This document shows positions 32,402 to 41,700 of a stretch of 57,819 nucleotides of DNA, one piece after another. The position numbers and the translations under genes are program-made. Under the pieces are notes generated by a model. The model was not told the origin of the DNA, searched no databases, and saw only the letters and a list, made by a program, of their open reading frames with translations. The DNA comes from Trichomonas gallinae (taxonomy: Eukaryota), in NCBI GenBank assembly GCA_008369845.1, contig MRSU01004550.1:1-57819 (forward strand), written 5' to 3'. Position 1 is the first letter of the stretch. Every line of letters begins with the position of its first letter.

Positions 32402-34885
32402 TTAATTATATGCTGGAGGAGCAATCATGCTTAGCTTCTTTGTGTTAAGACTGCTAGCATAGATTAAGCTGGAGTGAGCCAAGTTGTTTGTGTTGTAGTT
32501 GCTAACTTGTGTATCGAGTTTGCCGGCAACGATGCTCTTCATTGGGTCAACACCTGCGTAAACATCATCCTTGTTGGACATTTCGTTGATTCTGAACCTG
32601 TTTGACATGCATGGGATCAAAGATGTCTGAATATTGTCAATGAACATTTCTGCGAGCTCGTCAATTGGAGGAAGCTCTTCTAAGTTGGCCTGGTCATCTT
32701 CTCCTTCTTCATCGTCTTCTTGGAGCTCAAGATTGAATTGAGTGTAAGTTCTTAAGATTTCTGTCTTGGAATCTTCAGTCTCAGCAGCTGACAATCTTCT
32801 GTCGCCAAATGGAAGCATTTTGTAACCGGCTCCGTTCATAATTCTCTTGACGTGCATCATTAGTTCTTCGATTGGGTTTGTTAATGTGTGTGTGCAAATA
32901 CCATTATCCTGGAGAACTTCTGCAATCGGTCTTGGCCCGTCTGTGTTGATATTTCTTGTTGAAATCTTGGAATAAATCTTGAGTCTGGCTTGAGCGTTCA
33001 TTGGTGGCTGCTTACCCCTGAATTCTGGTACACATTTCAAGATGGAAGCTTTAAAGAGCTCGAAGTCAGATCTTGGAAGACCAACTCCTGTAATTTGCTT
33101 CTGTTCACAGATAAACTTGTAGAATTCAATGAGATCTTCAAGGCTGCCTGGCTTAGCACCATCAACAGACAATGAATAAAATGATGGACTTGATTCGATA
33201 ATTGCTCTTATAGCCTTAAGACCATCACTGCCGATTTCAGACTTATCTAACTGCAAAACATGCAAATTCTTGCAGCCGACAAGCTTGTAGAGCATTTTAA
33301 CAAGCTCTTGGCAGTAATTTTGACTGATTGGTGTTCCAATCATTTCTAAACCTGCTAACTTTGACTCCTGAATGAACTTGGCAAGCAAATTGAAGTTCTC
33401 TTCGATATTTTCGATGAAACAATTTGATAATGTAAGATATTTGAGGCAAGACTGTGTTTCCAAGAAATCAAATAACTTCTTGGCTTGTGGTGGTAAAAGT
33501 TCGTTCTTTGTGAATCTGAATTCAGCGATAATTGGCAAGGCATCTTTAATGCAAATCGCGTCAACGAGATCTGACATTGTTCCTGTGCATGCAATCTTGC
33601 TGAGGTAAACAGTCATAACGTTTCTTCTTGGATTTGTTAAGAGAGTCTTGAATAATGATCCAATTGCAGCTGGTGCGACTTGATTTTCACTTAAGTCGAG
33701 CATCTGGATGCATGGTGGGATGATGACTGATTCATCGAGGACCTCCAAAAACCTGCAGTTTTGGATGCTTAAGTTTTCAAGAATCGATGCGTGCTTGAAA
33801 ACGTGAGTTAAAATTGCAGACATATCAATATTGCTCTTGTTGATGATCAAGTACTTCAAATTACGCAATCTAGCGAAGAGATAATGAAGATCATTGAGAT
33901 CAATGTTATCAATTGTTCCATCATTAAGGGAAATGTATTTAACCTTCATGAAGGCTGGATGTTTATGCAATGAGCTGAATATTTTCTGCATTTGATCTTT
34001 CTCGAATTTAGCGCGTTCGAATTTGATTGATTGAATTCTTCCTGCATATTTCGAAAATGCTGTGAAAACTGATGACGCGAACTCGTATTTAGTGCCGACA
34101 ATAGTAAGTTCGCCGATTTTACATTCTTCATCGCAAATAATTTTAATTTGTGTGGGAGAGAAGTCTTCCTGGTAGTTAGCAAACGTAAGAGACATAAGAC
34201 TCTTGGATCTCTCGACGATATATAGGACAAACTTGTCGATTTGCTTTGGTGCGAAATTGTCAAGATATAAATTAGTCAGGCCAGGCTCCATGATGAAGAC
34301 ATCTGCGATAACTAATGGGTCTTCCAACACGTGCTGAGAGCTAATCTTAACCTGTGGAAGTTGCCTTGCATCGTATTCCTTCATTAATCTCTCGACCGTC
34401 AAGTTCAGCTTGACTTTCTTCGAAAATGCGAGCAATTTCAGACGCATGTAGCTGAGATTTGCTGGTCTTGTAGCGAATTTTGGCATTTCAATTGCTCCTG
34501 GTGGAGTCGATTGAATTTCAACGTTAATTGTATTCTGATAGAAAATCGTACCATAGTAGTTGAGCAATATCTGGCAGATAGTTACTGCTTGATCGGAATC
34601 AAACGTAATGCTTTCGTCAAAGGTTAAAGTGAATAATTTATCTTCTAATACAACTTTTTTGAGAGAAAGAACCGAGAACTCGTGGCTCCTTATTGGGTTA
34701 CCGAAAGCCTTCATGCGGATGAGCGAGAAAGTGAAGTTGGTTAAGAGCATTATACGAGAATCTTTGCCTCCATGTGCGTGATGCTTAACAACTTCAGTGC
34801 AAATAAGTATCTCCTCGTTGTCAACAAGGAAAGGAGTGATCTTATCGAGGATTTTCTTATTGTTTGTTACTAATTTATCACTCAT
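32402..34885 (-). CDS. CARMIL-like protein (N-terminal PH-like domain plus RI-type leucine-rich repeats)
   Basis: N-terminal SRIMLLTNFTFSLI PH-like strand pattern, followed by LRRs (LENLSIQNC, MLDLSEN, LKYLTLSNC, LQLDKSEIGSDGL). Confidence 0.75.
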   Translation of the reverse strand: MSDKLVTNNKKILDKITPFLVDNEEILICTEVVKHHAHGGKDSRIMLLTNFTFSLIRMKAFGNPIRSHEFSVLSLKKVVLEDKLFTLTFDESITFDSDQAVTICQILLNYYGTIFYQNTINVEIQSTPPGAIEMPKFATRPANLSYMRLKLLAFSKKVKLNLTVERLMKEYDARQLPQVKISSQHVLEDPLVIADVFIMEPGLTNLYLDNFAPKQIDKFVLYIVERSKSLMSLTFANYQEDFSPTQIKIICDEECKIGELTIVGTKYEFASSVFTAFSKYAGRIQSIKFERAKFEKDQMQKIFSSLHKHPAFMKVKYISLNDGTIDNIDLNDLHYLFARLRNLKYLIINKSNIDMSAILTHVFKHASILENLSIQNCRFLEVLDESVIIPPCIQMLDLSENQVAPAAIGSLFKTLLTNPRRNVMTVYLSKIACTGTMSDLVDAICIKDALPIIAEFRFTKNELLPPQAKKLFDFLETQSCLKYLTLSNCFIENIEENFNLLAKFIQESKLAGLEMIGTPISQNYCQELVKMLYKLVGCKNLHVLQLDKSEIGSDGLKAIRAIIESSPSFYSLSVDGAKPGSLEDLIEFYKFICEQKQITGVGLPRSDFELFKASILKCVPEFRGKQPPMNAQARLKIYSKISTRNINTDGPRPIAEVLQDNGICTHTLTNPIEELMMHVKRIMNGAGYKMLPFGDRRLSAAETEDSKTEILRTYTQFNLELQEDDEEGEDDQANLEELPPIDELAEMFIDNIQTSLIPCMSNRFRINEMSNKDDVYAGVDPMKSIVAGKLDTQVSNYNTNNLAHSSLIYASSLNTKKLSMIAPPAYN

Positions 34886-34997
34886 CTATTTTTTTTACAA
34901 AAATTAATGACTTTTCATTTGTAAAGCGGTTTCTGCTACCGGGGCTATATTCAATATTCGGAAAATCATTAAATTATGTTTCTTTACACAAATTTTA

Positions 34998-35132
34998 CCC
35001 CCTGTTTTAATTTTCTTATTTAGGGGAGTGTCATATTTTACAATTTTTTTGGGAATTAACAATCTATTCATAATATGTTGATTTTTAATTTTAATTTTTC
35101 TCCCCCTGTTTTAATTTTTTTTTAATTTTAGG
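34998..35132. repeat. Two direct copies of CCCCCTGTTTTAATTTT...TTTAGG, 104 bp apart
   Basis: Copies start at 34998 and 35102; a related core in reverse orientation lies at 25429-25438. Confidence 0.6.
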
Positions 35133-35400
35133 AGATTTCTGTCAAATTTCATTTCTTCTCTGAAAATACACAAGATATGGAATTTTGATTATTTGTTTTG
35201 CGGAATACTCCGCTTGCTTTAGGATTTCGCCAATGTGAAATGTATCATATTCCTTAGATTTCAATAAAATTATTGTAATGATACCGGATAGAGTTGATAT
35301 TTAAATGCTAATGAATATTCAGGCTGTGCTCTTTGAGCTTCAAATAGTTAAAACCTCACAAGCTATATCGATACTTCTCAAATCTTTGTCAAATAAATAC

Positions 35401-35515
35401 ATTACATGCCAAAATTAATATCTTACATGTCATATGTAATACTTTACACGTCATACTCAATTCATTACATGTCATAATTTATAACTTACATTTCAAATAA
35501 ATTATTTACATGTCA
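35401..35515. repeat. Phased array of six HTTACAYGTCA-like motifs, 21-bp period
   Basis: Copies start at 35401, 35422, 35443, 35464, 35485 and 35505; the spacers are AT-rich and not identical. Confidence 0.85.
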
Positions 35516-35694
35516 AATTAATGGTTCTTATAGTTAAATACAAGAATATCCCATATAATTATGGTTGTGTAATATAATTCCAATGAGTATGCTGTTTGCA
35601 GGATATCTATTCATTTAAATAACTGAGAATTGAATATGAATTTGAAAAAATGATTAAATAAAAATCTGAGCAAAATAATAAATATATTTATTTA

Positions 35695-37614
35695 TTAGTT
35701 AATCTGAACACAATAAAATCCAACAAAATATTTATTTTTCTCTAGAGTATCTATCGAAAAACCGCAAATGTCGAATTTTCCATATATGATGGCACTGTAT
35801 TCCTCTGTGAGTACTTTAATTGCCTGATGAGAGATTTCTCTCTTGTCGCTGCAGTCAATAGTGAAAGCGCATCCGTCAATGTTTCCTTTTCCGAATTTAG
35901 ATAAAGCTTTTCTCTGTTGTGTATCAAACTTTCTAATCGTTCCATCATTTCTCATCTGGTCAATTGCATTTGATGCAAAATTATAAATAAATTTATTGAA
36001 TTCTAAGCGAGGCAATTGCATACCTGCTCTTACAGCGTTGATTTGATTATAGATCTGATAATCAAAAGAACCTCTTCTGTACAAATTTGCATAGATAACC
36101 AAAATTAAGACATTATTGCCTGCTGTTGGTGCAGCTTGGAGGTAGTAATGGTCAAGAGTGTTGATTTTAACGCCTTTGACGTAATTCTCAAGAGCTCTCT
36201 GAACATCTTGTGGTTTACCTTTGTAATGGAAGAATTCTTGATCGATAAAAAGCGGATAAATAGCATCCTCGATTGCTCCTACAGTGAGATCTGAGCCTCT
36301 GTTGATATCATTGAATAATTCATCAATTTCGCCTTCAACTTCTTCCATTTCTTTGAGTTTGTTGTCTGGGTTCACTATATTCTTGCATATGTGCCTGAAA
36401 TCTTCGAGTTTCCCTGCATCTTCATGAGATTTTTTACTAATTTGTGGACTAACTCCTGAAAATGGCATTTCTCTGGCGTTTTCGTTTCTATTTGGCGTGC
36501 TGGCATTTTTAGATTTGGACTTTTCGCGTTTTGGTGTGGGTTGTTTTTCATTTTCAATTTTCCAAACGCTTGTGTGGGGATCTTCTTTGACTGGTGTTAC
36601 AGTACTATTTGATGTGGTCTTTGGCGTCATCGGATATTGTTTTGTAGCTGGTTTCTCAGCTTTGTTTTTCATTGGAGTATTTGAAGTTGAACTAGGGTGC
36701 AATTTGTATGGAGATGCGTCATTAACTGGCTTCTTTAATGCCTCAGCTCTTGGCTGGATGATTAATAAGTTTTGTGATGGTTCTTTATCATCTGTTGCGT
36801 AAACCTTTGTTGGATCATTGACAGGTGGATATGTGTTAAGTATGAAAATGTCGGATGGTTTTCTGATGCTGCAAGCAAAGCCACGAGCTGATGATAAAAC
36901 GAATTGGAGGAAATCTTGGTTCGAAAACAGTATCTTGATGAATTCATTGGTATCATCGAGGTTAGCGTTTGAAATATGGACAAATTGGCCGTCTAATTTG
37001 TTTGTGTAATCAGCTAACGCTTTTGAAATCTCGTTGATGTTTTTTCCGGCACGGAGTGTTTGTTCTAAGAATTGTTGGTTATCACTATTTGGAACTAATG
37101 AACGCAAATGAAGATTATAACGGAATTTATTGCTAAGTGTAAAAATTGTATCAGTATCAATTAATTCTTCCGGATCAATACTCTCGATTGCCTTATCAAA
37201 TGCGTTTCTCATGAGAGATGGATTGATTTGTGCAATAATTATGCAAAAAACTAACGAAGTATCTTTTCTTTGCTTTACGGACACTCCTGCGTATTCGAAT
37301 GACTCATCCTTTAAATAACTGACAAGTTCCTCTTGTGCTTCAATATCTTTTTTGATATTATCAAAAGCATTTTTTTCGGCAAGTTGTTTAATCTTGTTTC
37401 TGTAGATGACCATCTTATCTACAAATGTAAAGTGAGTGGCCAAGCGATGCTCATTAGTTTCTTTGTTAAAATCGTAGTTAATTGCATAAAACTCTGCGTT
37501 TTGCGCAATTTTCTTTCCGATAATGAATGGCGTGTCTGTTTTGCGCATGTCGTTGAGGTATTTGATCAACTGTTTCTCATAGTCGTTAATGGGAATAATT
37601 GTCGTTGGATTCAT
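35695..37614 (-). CDS. Hypothetical protein with divergent CAP/SCP-like domains flanking a Pro/Lys/Ser/Thr-rich linker
   Basis: About 639 codons from ATG 37614, preceded by AAAGTGAC. Segments LIKYLNDMRK, LSNKFRYNLHL and IYNQINAVRAGMQLPRL recall the CAP 'lN..R...l..L' start. Domain call is tentative. Confidence 0.7.
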   Translation of the reverse strand: MNPTTIIPINDYEKQLIKYLNDMRKTDTPFIIGKKIAQNAEFYAINYDFNKETNEHRLATHFTFVDKMVIYRNKIKQLAEKNAFDNIKKDIEAQEELVSYLKDESFEYAGVSVKQRKDTSLVFCIIIAQINPSLMRNAFDKAIESIDPEELIDTDTIFTLSNKFRYNLHLRSLVPNSDNQQFLEQTLRAGKNINEISKALADYTNKLDGQFVHISNANLDDTNEFIKILFSNQDFLQFVLSSARGFACSIRKPSDIFILNTYPPVNDPTKVYATDDKEPSQNLLIIQPRAEALKKPVNDASPYKLHPSSTSNTPMKNKAEKPATKQYPMTPKTTSNSTVTPVKEDPHTSVWKIENEKQPTPKREKSKSKNASTPNRNENAREMPFSGVSPQISKKSHEDAGKLEDFRHICKNIVNPDNKLKEMEEVEGEIDELFNDINRGSDLTVGAIEDAIYPLFIDQEFFHYKGKPQDVQRALENYVKGVKINTLDHYYLQAAPTAGNNVLILVIYANLYRRGSFDYQIYNQINAVRAGMQLPRLEFNKFIYNFASNAIDQMRNDGTIRKFDTQQRKALSKFGKGNIDGCAFTIDCSDKREISHQAIKVLTEEYSAIIYGKFDICGFSIDTLEKNKYFVGFYCVQIN

Positions 37615-38090
37615 ATTTGTCACTTTTTAATCTTTGTCGTTTTTTTATTTTGCTTTAAAACAATAGGAAAATAGCATCAGTAGATAGTTTAACACATATA
37701 TTTACAAATATTAGCCGATTTTATTTATTCTCTAAAATATTTTAGAATTGCTCAACGGATGTACCATAATTTAACACAACATTGCTATTATATGCAATAT
37801 ATTGATTATAAATTCAAATTGATAAAGAGATATTTTGAACAGAATTTAAAATCTCCATTTTATCCATTGTTGCACATGAAAATATATAAACAATTGGCTT
37901 GTGCTGACATAACATTAATTATGATGTTTAAAATTGTTAATATTTTTGTTTCGAAATATTTTGGAGATTTTCAATATAATTCATACTTGCTATTAAAGAA
38001 TATGTTAGTAGAGCGATTGTAGGTTCTCTATATTTGTATTTCAAGATTGTTGATGCTCAACGAAATGATTTCTTATTGATGATAAAAAAT

Positions 38091-38460
38091 AATTTTACAT
38101 GACATAAAACACAAATTCGAATCAGTTCGAGATTTTTATTGATTTATAACATAAATATAGTATAAATCTGAAATATGAATTAAAACAAATTTCTGAAATT
38201 TTGTCAATATGCAATTTACATGACAAAATACCCAAATCTGAATCAGTTCGAAATCTTATGAATTCATAATTTTCATATTATATGTATTACAAATCTCAAA
38301 TAAAATCGAGGCATAAAAATTTTGGATCCTGATAAACGCCGACTTTACATGTCAAAAATCGGAAAATCGAATCCATTCGAAATCTTAAAAAATTAGAATT
38401 AGAACTTCCAATTAATCTAAAATTCACAATAAAATCGAAAAATACCAAATTTGTCATATT
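38091..38460. repeat. Three degenerate ~121-129 bp tandem units
   Basis: Each unit has TTTACATGWCA (38094, 38215, 38344) followed after about 14 bp by GAATC(AG/CA)TTCGA. Confidence 0.7.
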
Positions 38461-38784
38461 TTACACTAAACCTTATTTTTTCCTCGTTCAAACTCTCATT
38501 TAGAAAACCTTATAAATATATCAACAACATATATTTTAAATATTATATTATCATTCTATATAATATTAAATATTAAATTATGTAAAAGATCTGTTCATAA
38601 ATAGTTGTTATTGGCTTGAAAAGTTCATTTTTTTGTTATGATGAAAAAAGTCAATTTTCCTAATGTGGTTAAGTAGTTTTTGTTTAAAAATATACAAGTG
38701 AGCACCGTAGTTTATCAGAAATCTAAAAACAAAAGAAAAAAAATCGATTTTTTGCGTTAAGAAAATTTTACAAGTAAAAAAATA

Positions 38785-41700
38785 ATGCCTAAGACGCCGC
38801 GCGCGAGTGCTGCCGCTGCGTCAAGTAGTGCGAGAAGAGATGAGTCAAAAGCTCATAATAAGCCTAGAAGAAAGACAGATGAACCTGTAGTTGAAGATTT
38901 TAGTCCTAAAAAATCGACTTCTAGTCGCAGAAAATCTACAGATACTACACCTTCTAAGTCGAAAAAGACTAGGCGTAATACAGATGAAGTCGTTTCAGTC
39001 GAAGAAACGACTGAAGTCACAAAAAACGGAAAAACAACGCGAACTCACAAGAAAAAGTCAGCGAAAGGCGATGTAGTTGAGGAAGATGTTGAAGTTCTGG
39101 ACGAAAAATCAAAAAGAAAGAAACATACGAAATCAACAGATGCGGAAAAATCACCCGCCAATGATAGCGTAGTCGCTAAAACAGTTAAAAAGACAGTTAC
39201 AATCAAAAGACGCCGCAAGAAAGGCGAAGAAGGCCCAGGTGAAATTGTTGAAACAAAAGTCAGCGAAACACCAGGCAAAAAGAAGAGACCAGCCAAGAAA
39301 ATCGTCAAGAAAGTCGTTATCAAGAAGAAGAGGCGTCAAACATCTGAAGAAGAACCAGATCCAGAACCAATCGTAAAAGTCGTGCGAAAGAAAGGCAAGA
39401 AGAAAGGAAAGAAGGTCGTACAGAAAGTATTGATCAAGAAACGCGGTACGGCTGAAGGAGAAGTGAAGAAGAAGGGCAAGAAAGGAAAGAAGAAGACAGT
39501 TATTATTACAACAATCAGAAAGAATCCTAAGACAGGAAAGAAGGAGAAAGTACAGATAGAAGTACCAATAGACTCGCCAGAAGCCATCAAGGCGGGCTAT
39601 GGACCAGCGAAAGGAAAAGGAAAGAAGGTCTTAAGGAAAGGAAAGAAAGGAGCAGCTGCAGCAGGAACAGGAAAGAAGAGAGTAGTAAGAAGGAAAGGTG
39701 GCAAACTTGTTAAGAGAGTCATTAAGATCATCAAGCGCAAAGTCAATCCTAAGACTAAGAAAGAAGAATTGGTTGAAGAAACGAAGGAAATCAGGGTAAG
39801 GATAAGGAGCTCGGATCCACCAAGTGTTCAGCAGCAATGCATTGAAGCTGCAGGATTAAGAGCAATGGAGAAGGCTGCTGCTTTGGCCGCGAAGAAGACG
39901 AAAGGTAAAGGAAAAGGCAAAGGAAAGAAGATTATTAGGAAATTCGTGACAATCGTAAGAAGAGTCGTAAATCCACAGACAGGAAAAGAAGAACTCGTCG
40001 AAGAAAAGAAGTTAATCGAGACAGAAGCTCCACCACAATCTACTCCTGAAGCAGAAGAAGCTTTGTTCGACAAGATAACAGTGCAAGCAACAGAAAAAGC
40101 TGTCCAGGCTGATGAAGCTGCTTTGGCGAAGAAAGGCAAAGGCCGCGGAAAGAGAAGAATCGTCCACAAATTCATCAAAGTCATTAGAAGGACAGTAAAT
40201 CCAGAAACAGCTGCTGAAGAAGTCAAAGAAGAGAAGCAGTTAGTTGCTGTGTCTGTTCCAGAAGATGCTCCAGTAGATCAAGACTTGAACGCAATCCAAG
40301 AAGTCGCGAAAGAAGCAATCGTTAAAGCGCAAACAGCTGACAACGTCGCAAACGGACTCGACAAACAAGTTGCTCACGAGTTCGTTAACTCTGTCACTAA
40401 AGCAGTCAACCCAGAAACAGGAGAAGAAGAGTTAGTCGAAGAGATGAAATTAGTTGCTGTCAATGTCGACAGATCAGCATCACCTGAAACAATACAAAAC
40501 GCAATTTCTGATATTGCAAACGAAGCAGCTACGATTGCTGATGCGGGCAGAAAGAAGAAGAAGTCCAAGAGAATCGTCAGGAAGATCATCAAGATTATCA
40601 AGAAGAGAGTCAACCCGCAGACAGGGAAAGAAGAACTAAACGAAGAAAGTAAGATGGTTAATGTCGAAGTCGACGAAAAGATGAACGAAGTCCAAGTCGC
40701 CGAGTCAATCGAAAAGGTTGCAATGGAGGCCCAAAACAAGGCAAACGAAGAGCACGAAGAGATGATGGCCCAGAAGGAAGCACAAGAGCAAGGAATCGAA
40801 ATCGAAGAAGCAAGAAAGAGAAGGAGAGCGAAGAGAAAAGTTATCGTTCATAAATTCATCAAAGTTATCAGAAAAGTCAGGAATCCTAAGACAGGAAAAG
40901 AAGAACTGGTGACAGAGAAGAAACTCGTATCAGCAGAAGTCCCACCTGATGCTCCACCATCAGCAATCAATCAAGAAATACAGCAGATGGCTAAAGAAGC
41001 AATCGTTAAAGCTGCTGCTGAATCAGGTGACCAAAGAAAGACTGTTATTCCAAACTTCGTGACTGTCGTCAAGATGGCTAAAGACCCAGCAACAGGACGT
41101 CATGTATTAGTCGAAGATGTACAACTTGTTGCTGCTGAAGTTCCTAAGGATGCTTCACCAGAAGAGCAACAAAACGCAATTGATTCATTAGTCAAAGAAA
41201 GCTCGGAGAAAGAAACAAACATTCAGCCAAACCAGAAACTTTCTCAGCAGTTCATAACTGTTTTGCAGAGAGAAGTCAATCCACAGACTGGCTTAGAAGA
41301 AGTCTTCGAAAAGAGACAACTTGTACAAGTCGCTGTTCCTAAAGATATCAGCCCAGAACTCGAGTCTAGAGTCGTCGACAACATGGCAGGCGAAGTCATC
41401 CAAAGAGCTTCTGAATCAATCGCTAAAGCAAACATTGATACCAACGGTGAAGAAACCGTTGCCGTCGTCGACCCAACTACTGGTCAGGTTATCAAGCAGA
41501 AGCGCAAAGCAGCACCAAAGAAAGTCATCCACAAGATAATCAAGACAATCAAGAAGGTGAAGAATCCAGTTACAGGACTCGAAGAAATCAAGGAAGAGAA
41601 GCAGTTAGTTGCTGTCGCTGTCAACGCAGATGCTGATATTGGAGCAGAGCAGGCACAGATAGAAGCAGTCGCTGCAGAGATGGTCGAAAAGAAGCAAGAA

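Noticed and set aside
14702..34885. Apparent actin/membrane-dynamics cluster (dynamin, profilin, CYRI, CARMIL-like)
   Set aside because: Interspersed with unrelated genes, and these families are commonly multi-copy, so proximity is weak evidence.
35401..35515. CRISPR-like repeat-spacer appearance, also at 38091-38460
   Set aside because: Repeats are only 11 bp or degenerate, spacer sizes do not fit, there are no cas genes, and the context is eukaryotic.
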